DNA of 64,000 bases from Narcine bancroftii. Its lineage: Eukaryota. The position numbers and the translations under genes are program-made. The notes beneath the pieces were generated by a model that was given only the letters and a program-made list of their open reading frames with translations, was not told where the DNA came from and did not search any database. This document shows, piece by piece, positions 10,947 through 25,009 of this stretch. Positions within the stretch are counted from its first letter, which is position 1, and every line of letters begins with the position of its first letter. The stretch lies in the NCBI RefSeq assembly GCF_036971445.1, contig NC_091476.1, positions 82,026,001-82,090,000 of the forward strand, given 5' to 3'.

Positions 10947-13490
10947 ATTTGCTCTGGGTGACGGGACGGGGCTTTACTCTGAGTGATGGTAATGGACTTC
11001 ACTCTGTCTCCCCGCCCAGGAGTGTGTGAAGGATTGGGGCTTTGTTCTGTGTCCCCGCCCCAGGTGTGTGTGACATGACGGGACATTGCTCTGTTTGACG
11101 GGAAGGGGCTTTGCTCTCTGTGACGGTTCGGGGCGAGGCTATGCTCTGTGTGACGGGACGGTGATAGGCTTTGCTCTGTGTGGCGGGACAAGGGATACCT
11201 CTTTGTGACGGGTCGGGGCTTCGCTGCGCGTGACGGGACGGGGCTACGCTCTGCGTGACGTGACGGGGCTTCGCTCTGTGTGACGGGACAGGGCTTCGCT
11301 CTGTGTGACGGAATGGGGCGAGACTTTGCTCTGTGTGACAGGACGGGGCTTTGCTCTGTGTGCTGGTAATGGACTTCACTCTGTCTCCCCTCCCAGTAGT
11401 GTGTGCAGGATTGGGGCTTTACTCTGTGTCCCCGTCCCAGGTGTGTGTGACGTGACGGGACATTGCTTTGTGTGACGGGAAGGGGCTTTGCTCGGCGTGA
11501 CGGGACGGGGATTCGCTCTGCGTGACGGGACGGTGCTTCGCTCTGTGTGACGGGACGGGGCTTCGCTCTTTGTGACGGGACGGGGCTTCGCACTTTTTGT
11601 CGGGACGGAGCTTCGCTCTTTGTTACAGGACGGGGCTTCGCTCTTTGTGACGATACGGGGCTTCGCTCTTTGTGACGGGACGGGGCTTCGCTCTGTGTGA
11701 CGGGACGGGGCTTTACTCTGTGTCCCTGCCCCGGTAGGGTGTGACGGGTTGGGGCTTTGCTCTGTGTCCCCGCCCCAGGTTTGTATGATGGGACTGGGCG
11801 TCACACGGTGTGACGGGACGGGGTTTCACTCTTGTGAAGGGACGTGGCTTCGCTCTTGTGACGGGAAGGGGCTTTACTCTGTGTCCCTGCCCCGGTAGGG
11901 TGTGACGGGTTGGGGCTTTGCTCTGTGTGACGGGACGTGGCTTCGCTCGGTGTGACGGGACGTGGCTTTGCTCGGTTTGACGGGACGTGGCTTTGCTCGG
12001 TGAGACTAGAAGGGGCTTTGCTCGGTGTGACGGGACGGGGCTTTGCTCGACGTGACGGGACGGGGCTTCGCTCGGTGTGACGGGACGGGGCTTCGCTCAT
12101 TGTGACGGGACGGGGCTTCGCTCTTTGTGACGGGAGGGGACGGTGCTTCTCTCTTTATGACGGTACGGGGCTTCTCTCCTCGTGACGGTACGCGGCTTCT
12201 ATCCTTGTGACGTGAGGGGGCTTCTCTCCTTGTGACGGGACGCGGCTTCTCTCCTTGTTACGGGACGGGGTGTCTCTCCTTGTGACGGGGCGGGGCTTCT
12301 CTCCTCGTGATGGGACGCGGCTTCTCTCCTAGTGACGGGACGGGCTTTGCTCTTTGTGACGGGAGGGGCTTCGCTCTTTGTGTCGGGACGGGGCTTCGCT
12401 CTTTGTGAAGGGACGGGGTTTCGCTCTTTGTGACGGGATGGGGCTTCGCTCTTTGTGACGGGACGGGGCTTCGCTCTGTGTGACAGGACGTGGCTTTGCT
12501 AGGCGTGACGGGACGGGGCTTCGCTCTGTGTGACTGGAAGGGGCTTCGCTCGGTGTGACGGTCGGGGCTTTGCTCGGTATGACGGGACGGGGCTTCGCTC
12601 GGCGTGACGGGACGGGGCTTCGCTCTGTGTGACAGAACAGGGATTTGCTCTGTGTGACGGGATGGGGCTTTGCTCTGAGTGATGGTAATGGACTTCACTC
12701 TGTCTCCCCGCCCAGGAGTGTGTGAAAGATTGGGGCTTAGCTCTGTGTCCCCGCCCCAGGTGTGTGTGACATGACGGGACATTGCTCTGTTTGACCGGAA
12801 GGGGCTTTGATCTCTGTGACGGGTCGGGGCGAGTCTTTGCTCTGTGTGACGGGACGGTGCTAGGCTTTGCTCTGTGTGGCTGGACAGGGCTTCGCTCTTT
12901 GTCAAGGGACTGGGCTTTACTGTGTGTCCCTGCCCCGGTAGGGTGTGACGGGTTGGGGCTTTGCTCTGTGTCCCCGCCCCAGGTTTGTATGATGGGACGG
13001 GGCGTCACACCGTGTGACAGGAAGGGCCTACGCTCCATGTGCCGGGTCGGGGCTTCGCTCCCTGTGACGTGTCGGGGCTTCACTGCGCGTGACGGGACGG
13101 GGCTTCGCTCCGCGTGACGGGACGGCTCTTCGCTCTGTGTGATGGGCTCCGTCTTCACTCTGTGTGACGGGACGGGGCTTCTCACTGTGTGATGGGACGG
13201 GGCTTCGTTCTCGTGACGGGACGGGGCTTCGCACTTTGTGTCGGGACGGGGCTTCGCTCTTCGTGACGGGACGGGGATTCGGTCTTTGTGACGGAGTGTG
13301 TGATGGGACGGGGCTTCACTGCGCGTGACGGGACTGGGCTTTGCTCGGCGTGACGGGACGGTGCTTTGCTCGGTGTGACGGGACGGTGCTTTGCTCGGTG
13401 AGACTAGAAGGGGCTTTGCTCGGTGTGACGGGACTGGGCTTTGCTCGATGTTACTGGACGGGGCTTTGCTCGGTGTGATGGGACGGGGCT
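9040..13490 (+). repeat. About 1.9-kb module present twice at offset 2542 (about 9040-10946 and 11582-13488), separated by an about 635-bp module also found near 3570-4200
   Basis: ORF pairs 9259/11801, 9716/12258, 10240/12782, 10486/13028 and 10862/13404 differ by 2542; spacer ORFs 10999 and 11376 match 3621 and 3998 (offset 7378). Confidence 0.85.
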
Positions 13491-16400
13491 GTGCTCGGTG
13501 TGACGGGACGGGGCTTTGCTCTGTGTGACGGGACGCGGCTTCTCTCGGTGAGACGGGACGGGGCTTCGCTCTTTGTGACAGACCGGGGCTTCACTCTTTG
13601 TGACGGGTTTGGTCTTCGTCTTTGTGACGGGACGGGGCTTCTCTCCTTGTGACGGGACGGGGCTTCTCTCCTTGTGACGGGATGGGGCTTTGCTCTTTGT
13701 GACGGGACTGGGCTTCACGCTGATTCGCTGCCATGGGAGTGTGTGACGGGAAGGTGCTTCGCTCTGTATGAACGGTATGGGGCGAGGCTTTGCTCTGTGT
13801 GACGGGAAGGGGCTTTGCTCGGCGTGACGGGACGGGGCTTCGCTCTGTGTGACGGGACGGTGCTTCGCTCTGTGTGAGGGGACGGGGCATCGCTCTGTGT
13901 GACGGGACGTGGCTTTGCTCGGTGTGACGGGACGGGGCTTCGCTCTGTGTGACTGGAAGGGGCTTCGCTCGGTGTGACAGACCGGGGCTTCACTCTTTGT
14001 GACGGGACGGGGCTTCGCTCTGTGTGACAGAACAGGGATTTGCTCTGTGTGACGGGATGGGGCTTTGCTCTGAGTGATGGTAATGGACTTCACTCTGTCT
14101 CCCCGCCCAGGAGTGTGTGAAAGATTGGGGCTTAGGTCTATGTCCCCGCCCCAGGTGTGTGTGACATGACGGGACATTGCTCTGTTTGACGGGAAGGGGC
14201 TTTGATCTCTGTGACGGGTCGGGGCGAGGCTTTGCTCTGTGTGACGGGACGGTGCTAGGCTTTGCTCTGTGTGGCTGGACAGGGCTTCGCTCTTTGTCAC
14301 GGGACTGGGCTTTACTGTGTGTCCCTGCCCCGGTAGGGTGTGACGGGTTGGGGCTTTGCTCTGTGTCCCCGCCCCAGGTTTGTATGATGGGACGGGGCGT
14401 CACACCGTGTGACAGGAAGGGCCTACGCTCCATGTGACGGGACGGGGCTTCGCACCGTGTGCCAGGACGCGGCCTTGCTCCGTGTGAGAGGACGTGGTTT
14501 CCACCGTGTGACGGGACGCGGCTTCGCTCCGTGTGACGGGAAGGCGCTTCGCTCCGTGTGCTAGGATGCGGCCTTCCTCCGTGCAAGGCACGGGGTTTTG
14601 TTCCCCGTGACGGGATGGAGCTTCGCTCTGTGTGACGGGAGTGGAGGAGGCTTTGCTCTGAGTGACGGGACAGGGCATCGCTCTTTGTGACGGGTTGGGG
14701 CTTTACTCTGTGTCCCTGCCCCGGTGGGTTGGGGCTTTGCTCTGTGTCCCCGCCCCAGGTTTGTATGATGGGACGGGGCGTCACACCGTGCGACAGGAAG
14801 GGCCTACGCTCCATGTGACGGGTCGGGGCTTCGCTCCCTGTGACGTGTCGGGGCTTCACTGCGCGTGACGGGACGGGGCTTCGCTCCGCGTGACAGGACG
14901 GCTCTTCGCTCTGTGTGATGGGCTCGGTCTTCACTCTGTGTGACGGGACGGGGCTTCTCACTGTGTGATGGGACGGGGCTTCGTTCTCGTGACGGGACGG
15001 TGCTTCGCACTTTGTGTCGGGACGGGGCTTCGCTCTTCGTGACGGGACGGGGATTCGGTCTTTGTGACGGAGTGTGTGATGGGACAGGGCTTCACTGCGC
15101 GTGACGGGACTGGGCTTTGCTCGGCGTGACGGGACGGTGCTTTGCTCGGTGTGACGGGACCGTGCTTTGCTCGGTGAGACTAGAAGGGGCTTTGCTCGGT
15201 GTGACGGGACTGGGCTTTGCTCGATGTGACTGGACGGGGCTTTGCTCGGTGTGATGGGACGGGGCTGTGCTCGCTGTGACGGGACGGGGCTTTGCTCTGT
15301 GTGACGGGACGCGGCTTCTCTCGGTGAGACGGGACGGGGCTTCGCTCTTTGTGACAGACCGGGGCTTCACTCTTTGTGACGGGATGGGGCTTCGCTCTTT
15401 GTGACGGGACGGGGCTTCTCTCCTTGTGACGGGACGGGGCTTCTCTCCTTGTGACGGGATGGGGCTTTGCTCTTTGTGACGGGACTGGGCTTCACGCTGT
15501 GTCGCTGCCATGGGAGTGTGTGACGGGAAGGGGCTTCGCTCTGTATGAACGGTATGGGGAGAGGCTTTGCTCTGTGTGACGGGAAGGGGCTTTGCTCGGC
15601 GTGACGGGACGGGGCTTCGCTCTGTGTGACGGGACGGTGCTTCGCTCTGTGTGAGGGGACGGGGCTTCGCTCTTTGTGACGGGACGGGGCTTCGCACTCT
15701 TTGTCGGGACGGGTCTTCGCTCTTTGTTACAGGACGTGACTTCGCTCTGTGTGACGGGACGTGGCTTTGCTCGGTGTGACGGGACGGGGCTTCGCTCTGT
15801 GTGACTGGAAGGGGCTTCGCTCGGCGTGACGGGACGGGGCTTCGCTCCGTATGACGGGACGGGGCTTCGCTCGGCGTGACGGGACGGGGCTTCACTACGT
15901 GTGACGGGACGGGACTTCGCTCCGTGTGCCAGGACTGGATTTTCTCTGCGTGACGGGACGGGGCTTCGCTCCCTGTGACGTGTCGGGGCTTCACTGCGCG
16001 TGACGGGACGGGGCTTCGCTCCGCGTGACGGGACGGCTCTTCGCTCTGTGTGATGGGCTCGGTCTTCACTCTGTGTGACGGGACGGGGCTTCTCACTGTG
16101 TGATGGGACGGGGCTTCGTTCTCGTGACGGGACGGGGCTTCGCACTTTGTGTCGGGACGGGGCTTCGCTCTTCGTGACGGGACGGGGATTCGGTCTTTGT
16201 GACGGAGTGTGTGACGGGACGGGGCTTCACTGCGCGTGACGGGACTTGGCTTTGCTCGGCGTGACGGGACGGTGCTTTGCTCGGTGTGACGGGACGGTGC
16301 TTTGCTCGGTGAGACTAGAAGGGGCTTTGCTCGGTGTGACGGGACTGGGCTTTGCTCGATGTGACTGGACGACGCTTTACTCGGTGTGATGGGACGGGGC

Positions 16401-19400
16401 TGTGCTCGGTGTGACGGGACGGGGCTTTGCTCTGTGTGACGGGACGCGGCTTTGCTCGGTGTGACGGGACGGGGCTTCGCTCTTTGTGACAGACCGGGGC
16501 TTCACTCTTTGTGACGGGATGGGGCTTCGCTCTTTGTGACGGGACGGGGCTTCTCTCCTTGTGACGGGACGGGGCTTCTCTCCTTGTGACGGGATGGGGC
16601 TTTGCTCTTTGTGACGGGACTGGGCTTCACGCTGTGTCGCTGTCATGGGAGTGTGTGACGGGAAGGGTCTTCGCTCTGTATGAACGGTATGGGGCGAGGC
16701 TTTGCTCTGTGTGGCGGGACAGGGCTTCGCTCTTTGTGACGGGACGGGGCTTTACTGTGTGTCCCTGCCCCGGTAGGGTGTGACGGGTTGGGGCTTTGCT
16801 CTGTGTCCCCGCCACAGGTTTGTATGATGGGACGGGGCGTCACACCGTGTGACGGGAAGGGGCTACGCTCCGTGTGACGGGTCGGTGCTTGGCTCCCAGT
16901 GACGGGACGGGGCTTCGCTGCGTGTGAGGGGACGGGGTTTCGCTCTGTGTGACGGGACGGGGCTTTGCTCCGTGTGCCAGGACGCGGCCTTGCTCCGTGT
17001 GAGGGGATGGGGTTTCCTCCGTGCGACGGGACGTGGCTTGCTCCGTGTAAGGCACGGCGCTTTGTTCCGAGTGACAGCTTCGCTCTTTGTGACGGGACGG
17101 GGCTTCTCTCTGTGTGACGGGACGGGGCTTTGCTCGCTGTAACGGGACGGGGCTTTGATCGCTGTAACGGGACGGGGCTTTGCTCGGCGTGACGGGACCG
17201 TGCTTCGCTCGGTGTGACAGGACGGGGCTTCGCTCGGTGTGACGGGACGGGGCTTCGCTCCGTGTGACGGGACGGGGCTTCGCTCTGTGTGACGGAATAG
17301 GGATTTGCTCTGTGTGACCGGACGGGGCTTTACTCTGAGTGATGGTAATGGACTTCACTCTGTCTCCCCGCCCAGGAGTGTGTGAAGGATTGGGGCTTTG
17401 CTCTGTGTCCCCGCCCCAGGTGTGTGTGACGTGACTCGACATTGCTCTGTGTGACGGGAAGGGGCTTTGCTCTCTGTGAGGGGACGGTGCTAGGCTTTGC
17501 TCTGTGTTGCGGTACGGGGCTTCGCTCCCTGTGATGGGTCGGGGCTTCGCTGCGAGTGACGGTATGGGGCTTCGCTCGGTGTGACGGGACGGGGCTTCGC
17601 TCGGTGTGACGGGACGGCGCTTCGCTCCGTGTGACACGACGGGGCTTCGCTCCGTGTGCAAGGACGCGGCCTTGCTCCGTGTGAGGGGACGGGGTTTCCT
17701 CCGTGTGACGGGACGTGGCTTGCTCCGTGTAAGGCACGGGGCATTGTTCCGATTGACGGGACGCAGCTTCGCTCTGTGTGACGGGAGTGGACGAGGCTTT
17801 GCTCTGTGTGACCGGACAGGGATTCACAATTCGTGACGGTACGGGGCTTCGCACTTTTTGTCGGGACGGAGCTTCGCTCTTTGTTACAGGACGGGGCTTC
17901 GCTCTTTGTGACGATACGGGGCTTCGCTCTTTGTGACGGGACGGGGCTTCGCTCTGTGTGACGGGACGGGGCTTTACTCTGTGTCCCTGCCCCGGTAGGG
18001 TGTGACGGGTTGGGGCTTTGCTCTGTGTCCCCGCCCCAGGTTTGTATGATGGGACTGGGCGTCACACGGTGTGACGGGACGGGGTTTCACTCTTGTGAAG
18101 GGACGTGGCTTCGCTCTTGTGACGGGAAGGGGCTTTACTCTGTGTCCCTGCCCCGGTAGGGTGTGACGGGTTGGGGCTTTGCTCTGTGTGACGGGACGTG
18201 GCTTTGCTCGGTGTGACGGGAGGTGGCTTTGCTCGGTTTGACGGGACGTGGCTTTGCTCGGTGAGACTAGAAGGGGCTTTGCTCGGTGTGACGGGACGGG
18301 GCTTCGCTCATTGTGACGGGACGGGGCTTCGCTCGGTGTGACGGGACGGGGCTTCGCTCATTGTGACGGGACGGGGCTTCGCTCTTTGTGACGGGAGGGG
18401 ACGGTGCTTCTCTCTTTATGACGGTACGGGGCTTCTCTCCTCGTGACGGTACGCGGCTTCTATCCTTGTGACGTGAGGGGGCTTCTCTCCTTGTGACGGG
18501 ACGCGGCTTCTCTCCTTGTTACGGGACGGGGCGTCTCTCCTTGTGACGGGGCGGGGCTTCTCTCCTCGTGATGGGACGCGGCTTCTCTCCTAGTGACGGG
18601 ACGGGCTTTGCTCTTTGTGACGGGAGGGGCTTCGCTCTTTGTGTCGGGACGGGGCTTCGCTCTTTGTGAAGGGACGGGGTTTCGCTCTTTGTGACGGGAT
18701 GGGGCTTCGCTCTTTGTGACGGGACGGGGCTTCGCTCTGTGTGACAGGACGTGGCTTTGCTCGGCGTGACGGGACGGGGCTTCGCTCTGTGTGACTGGAA
18801 GGGGCTTCGCTCGGTGTGACGGTCGGGGCTTTGCTCGGTATGACGGGACGGGGCTTCGCTCGGCGTGACGGGACGGGGCTTCGCTCTGTGTGACAGAACA
18901 GGGATTTGCTCTGTGTGACGGGATGGGGCTTTGCTCTGAGTGATGGTAATGGACTTCACTCTGTCTCCCCGCCCAGGAGTGTGTGAAAGATTGGGGCTTA
19001 GCTCTGTGTCCCCGCCCCAGGTGTGTGTGACATGACGGGACATTGCTCTGTTTGACGGGAAGGGGCTTTGATCTCTGTGACGGGTCGGGGCGAGTCTTTG
19101 CTCTGTGTGACGGGACGGTGCTAGGCTTTGCTCTGTGTGGCTGGACAGGGCTTCGCTCTTTGTCACGGGACTGGGCTTTACTGTGTGTCCCTGCCCCGGT
19201 AGGGTGTGACGGGTTGGGGCTTTGCTCTGTGTCCCCGCCCCAGGTTTGTATGATGGGACGGGGCGTCACACCGTGTGACAGGAAGGGCCTACGCTCCATG
19301 TGCCGGGTCGGGGCTTCGCTCCCTGTGACGTGTCGGTGCTTCACTGCGCGTGACGGGACGGGGCTTCGCTCCGCGTGACGGGACGGCTCTTCGCTCTGTG

Positions 19401-22400
19401 TGATGGGCTCCGTCTTCACTCTGTGTGACGGGACGGGGCTTCTCACTGTGTGATGGGACGGGGCTTCGTTCTCGTGACGGGACGGGGCTTCGCACTTTGT
19501 GTCGGGACGGGGCTTCGCTCTTCGTGACGGGACGGGGATTCGGTCTTTGTGACGGAGTGTGTGATGGGACGGGGCTTCACTGCGCGTGACGGGACTGGGC
19601 TTTGCTCGGCGTGACGGGACGGTGCTTTGCTCGGTGTGACGGGACGGTGCTTTGCTCGGTGAGACTAGAAGGGGCTTTGCTCGGTGTGACGGGACTGGGC
19701 TTTGCTCGATGTTACTGGACGGGGCTTTGCTCGGTGTGATGGGACGGGGCTGTGCTCGGTGTGACGGGACGGGGCTTTGCTCTGTGTGACGGGACGCGGC
19801 TTCTCTCGGTGAGACGGGACGGGGCTTCGCTCTTTGTGACAGACCGGGGCTTCACTCTTTGTGACGGGATTGGTATTCGTCTTTGTGACGGGACGGGGCT
19901 TCTCTCCTTGTGACGGGACGGGGCTTCTCTCCTTGTGACGGGATGGGGCTTTGCTCTTTGTGACGGGACTGGGCTTCACGCTGATTCGCTGCCATGGGAG
20001 TGTGTGACGGGAAGGTGCTTCGCTCTGTATGAACGGTATGGGGCGAGGCTTTGCTCTGTGTGACGGGAAGGGGCTTTGCTCGGCGTGACGGGACGGGGCT
20101 TCGCTCTGTGTGACGGGACGGTGCTTCGCTCTGTGTGAGGGGACGGGGCATCGCTCTTTGTGACGGGACGGGGCTTCGCACTTTTTGTCGGGACGGGTCT
20201 TCGCTCTTTGTTACAGGACGTGGCTTCGCTCTGTGTGACGGGACGTGGCTTTGCTCGGTGTGACGGGACGGGGCTTCGCTCTGTGTGACTGGAAGGGGCT
20301 TCGCTCGGTGTGACAGACCGGGGCTTCACTCTTTGTGACGGGACGGGGCTTCGCTCTGTGTGACAGAACAGGGATTTGCTCTGTGTGACGGGATGGGGCT
20401 TTGCTCTGAGTGATGGTAATGGACTTCACTCTGTCTCCCCGCCCAGGAGTGTGTGAAAGATTGGGGCTTAGGTCTATGTCCCCGCCCCAGGTGTGTGTGA
20501 CATGACGGGACATTGCTCTGTTTGACGGGAAGGGGCTTTGATCTCTGTGACGGGTCGGGGCGAGGCTTTGCTCTGTGTGACGGGACGGTGCTAGGCTTTG
20601 CTCTGTGTGGCTGGACAGGGCTTCGCTCTTTGTCACGGGACTGGGCTTTACTGTGTGTCCCTGCCCCGGTAGGGTGTGACGGGTTGGGGCTTTGCTCTGT
20701 GTCCCCGCCCCAGGTTTGTATGATGGGACGGGGCGTCACACCGTGTGACAGGAAGGGCCTACGCTCCATGTGACGGGACGGGGCTTCGCACCGTGTGCCA
20801 GGACGCGGCCTTGCTCCGTGTGAGAGGACGTGGTTTCCACCGTGTGACGGGACGCGGCTTCGCTCCGTGTGACGGGAAGGCGCTTCGCTCCGTGTGCTAG
20901 GATGCGGCCTTCCTCCGTGCAAGGCACGGGGTTTTGTTCCCCGTGACGGGATGGAGCTTCGCTCTGTGTGACGGGAGTGGAGGAGGCTTTGCTCTGAGTG
21001 ACGGGACAGGGCATCGCTCTTTGTGACGGGTTGGGGCTTTACTCTGTGTCCCTGCCCCGGTGGGTTGGGGCTTTGCTCTGTGTCCCCGCCCCAGGTTTGT
21101 ATGATGGGACGGGGCGTCACACCGTGCGACAGGAAGGGCCTACGCTCCATGTGACGGGTCGGGGCTTCGCTCCCTGTGACGTGTCGGGGCTTCACTGCGC
21201 GTGACGGGACGGGGCTTCGCTCCGCGTGACAGGACGGCTCTTCGCTCTGTGTGATGGGCTCGGTCTTCACTCTGTGTGACGGGACGGGGCTTCTCACTGT
21301 GTGATGGGACGGGGCTTCGTTCTCGTGACGGGACGGGGCTTCGCACTTTGTGTCGGGACGGGGCTTCGCTCTTCGTGACGGGACGGGGATTCGGTCTTTG
21401 TGACGGAGTGTGTGATGGGACAGGGCTTCACTGCGCGTGACGGGACTGGGCTTTGCTCGGCGTGACGGGACCGTGCTTTGCTCGGTGAGACTAGAAGGGG
21501 CTTTGCTCGGTGTGACGGGACTGGGCTTTGCTCGATGTGACTGGACGGGGCTTTGCTCGGTGTGATGGGACGGGGCTGTGCTCGCTGTGACGGGACGGGG
21601 CTTTGCTCTGTGTGACGGGACGCGGCTTCTCTCGGTGAGACGGGACGGGGCTTCGCTCTTTGTGACAGACCGGGGCTTCACTCTTTGTGACGGGATGGGG
21701 CTTCGCTCTTTGTGACGGGACGGGGCTTCTCTCCTTGTGACGGGACGGGGCTTCTCTCCTTGTGACGGGATGGGGCTTTGCTCTTTGTGACGGGACTGGG
21801 CTTCACGCTGTGTCGCTGCCATGGGAGTGTGTGACGGGAAGGGGCTTCGCTCTGTATGAACGGTATGGGGAGAGGCTTTGCTCTGTGTGACGGGAAGGGG
21901 CTTTGCTCGGCGTGACGGGACGGGGCTTCGCTCTGTGTGACGGGACGGTGCTTCGCTCTGTGTGAGGGGACGGGGCTTCGCTCTTTGTGACGGGACGGGG
22001 CTTCGCACTCTTTGTCGGGACGGGTCTTCGCTCTTTGTTACAGGACGTGACTTCGCTCTGTGTGACGGGACGTGGCTTTGCTCGGTGTGACGGGACGGGG
22101 CTTCGCTCTGTGTGACTGGAAGGGGCTTCGCTCGGCGTGACGGGACGGGGCTTCGCTCCGTATGACGGGACGGGGCTTCGCTCGGCGTGACGGGACGGGG
22201 CTTCACTACGTGTGACGGGACGGGACTTCGCTCCGTGTGCCAGGACTGGATTTTCTCTGCGTGACGGGACGGGCTTCGCTCCCTGTGACGTGTCGGGGCT
22301 TCACTGCGCGTGACGGGACGGGGCTTCGCTCCGCGTGACGGGACGGCTCTTCGCTCTGTGTGATGGGCTCGGTCTTCACTCTGTGTGACGGGACGGGGCT

Positions 22401-24162
22401 TCTCACTGTGTGATGGGACGGGGCTTCGTTCTCGTGACGGGACGGGGTTTCGCACTTTGTGTCGGGACGGGGCTTCGCTCTTCGTGACGGGACGGGGATT
22501 CGGTCTTTGTGACGGAGTGTGTGACGGGACGGGGCTTCACTGCGCGTGACGGGACTTGGCTTTGCTCGGCGTGACGGGACGGTGCTTTGCTCGGTGTGAC
22601 GGGACGGTGCTTTGCTCGGTGAGACTAGAAGGGGCTTTGCTCGGTGTGACGGGACTGGGCTTTGCTCGATGTGACTGGACGGGGCTTTACTCGGTGTGAT
22701 GGGACGGGGCTGTGCTCGGTGTGACGGGACGGGGCTTTGCTCTGTGTGACGGGACGCGGCTTTGCTCGGTGTGACGGGACGGGGCTTCGCTCTTTGTGAC
22801 AGACCGGGGCTTCACTCTTTGTGACGGGATGGGGCTTCGCTCTTTGTGACGGGACGGGGCTTCTCTCCTTGTGACGGGACGGGGCTTCTCTCCTTGTGAC
22901 GGGATGGGGCTTTGCTCTTTGTGACGGGACTGGGCTTCACGCTGTGTCGCTGTCATGGGAGTGTGTGACGGGAAGGGTCTTCGCTCTGTATGAACGGTAT
23001 GGGGCGAGGCTTTGCTCTGTGTGGCGGGACAGGGCTTCGCTCTTTGTGACGGGACGGGGCTTTACTGTGTGTCCCTGCCCCGGTAGGGTGTGACGGGTTG
23101 GGGCTTTGCTCTGTGTCCCCGCCACAGGTTTGTATGATGGGACGGGGCGTCACACCGTGTGACGGGAAGGGGCTACGCTCCGTGTGACGGGTCGGTGCTT
23201 GGCTCCCTGTGACGGGACGGGGCTTCGCTGCGTGTGAGGGGACGGGGTTTCGCTCTGTGTGACGGGACGGGGCTTTGCTCCGTGTGCCAGGACGCGGCCT
23301 TGCTCCGTGTGAGGGGATGGGGTTTCCTCCGTGTGACGGGACGTGGCTTGCTCCGTGTAAGGCACGGCGCTTTGTTCCGAGTGACAGCTTCGCTCTTTGT
23401 GACGGGACGGGGCTTCTCTCTGTGTGACGGGACGGGGCTTTGCTCGCTGTAACGGGACGGGGCTTTGATCGCTGTAACGGGACGGGGCTTTGCTCGGCGT
23501 GACGGGACCGTGCTTCGCTAGGTGTGACAGGACGGGGCTTCGCTCGGTGTGACGGGACGGGGCTTCGCTCCGTGTGACGGGACGGGGCTTCGCTCTGTGT
23601 GACGGAATAGGGATTTGCTCTGTGTGACCGGACGGGGCTTTACTCTGAGTGATGGTAATGGACTTCACTCTGTCTCCCCGCCCAGGAGTGTGTGAAGGAT
23701 TGGGGCTTTGCTCTGTGTCCCCGCCCCAGGTGTGTGTGACGTTACTGGACATTGCTCTGTGTGACGGGAAGGGGCTTTGCTCTCTGTGAGGGGACGGTGC
23801 TAGGCTTTGCTCTGTGTTGCGGTACGGGGCTTCGCTCCCTGTGATGGGTCGGGGCTTCGCTGCGAGTGACGGTATGGGGCTTCGCTCGGTGTGACGGGAC
23901 GGGGCTTCGCTCGGTGTGACGGGACGGCGCTTCGCTCCGTGTGACACGACGGGGCTTCGCTCCGTGTGCAAGGACGCGGCCTTGCTCCGTGTGAGGGGAC
24001 GGGGTTTCCTCCGTGTGACGGGACGTGGCTTGCTCCGTGTAAGGCACGGGGCATTGTTCCGATTGACGGGACGCAGCTTCGCTCTGTGTGACGGGAGTGG
24101 ACGAGGCTTTGCTCTGTGTGACCGGACAGGGATTCACAATTCGTGACGGTACGGGGCTTCGC
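11582..24162 (+). repeat. Tandem duplication of an about 6.3-kb higher-order unit (about 11582-17845 and 17846-24162)
   Basis: ORF offsets 6261 (12258/18519, 13404/19665), 6336 (13990/20326, 14662/20998) and 6310 (16377/22687, 17606/23916). Confidence 0.87.
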
Positions 24163-25009
24163 TCTTTGTAACGGGACGGGGCTTCGCTCTGTGTGACGGG
24201 CAGGAGTTTGCTTGGCGTGACGGGACGGGGCTTCGCTCGGTGTGACGGGACGGGGCTTCGCTCGGTGTGACGGGACGGGGCTTCGCTCGGTGTGACCGGA
24301 CGGGGCTTCGCTCCGTGTGACGGGACGGGGCTTCGCTCTGTGTGACGGAACAGGGATTTGCTCTGTGTGACTGGACGGGGCTTTACTCTGAGTGATGGTA
24401 ATGGACTTCACTCTGTCTCCCCGCCCAGGAGTGTGTGAAGGATTGGGGCTTTGCTCTGTGTCCCCGTCCCAGATGTGTGTGACGAGACGGGACATTGCTC
24501 TGTTTGACGGGAAGGGGCTTTGCTCTCTGTGACGGGTCGGGGCGAGGCTATGCTCTGCGTGACGGGACGGTGCTAGGCTTTGCTCTGTGTGGCGGACAGG
24601 GGTTCGCTCTTCGTGACGGGACGGGGCTTTACTCTGTGTCCCTGCCCCGGTAGGGTGTGACGGGTTGGGGCTTTGCTCTGTGTCCCCGCCCCAGGTTTGT
24701 ATGATGGGACGGGGCGTCACACCGTGTGAAGGGAAGGGGCTACGCTCCGCGTGACGGGTCGGGGCTTCGCTCCCTGTGACGGGTCGGGGCTTGCTGCGCG
24801 TGACGGGACGGGGCTTCGCTCTGCATGACGGGACGGGGCTTCGCTCTGTGTGACGGGACGGGGCTTTGCTCTGTGTGACGGGCTGGGTCTTCACTCTGTG
24901 TGACGGGAAGGGGCTTTCCTGGGTGTGACAGGACGGGGCTTTGCTCGGCGTGACGGGACTGGGCTTTGCTCGTCGAGACGGGACGGGGCTTTGCTCGGTG
25001 TGACAGGAC

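Noticed and set aside
22261-22280. Single-base indels in G-runs (also near 2748, 40712, 61970, 62120) as meaningful frameshift switches
   Set aside because: Singletons in homopolymer context are compatible with sequencing or consensus error, and there is no coding frame to switch.
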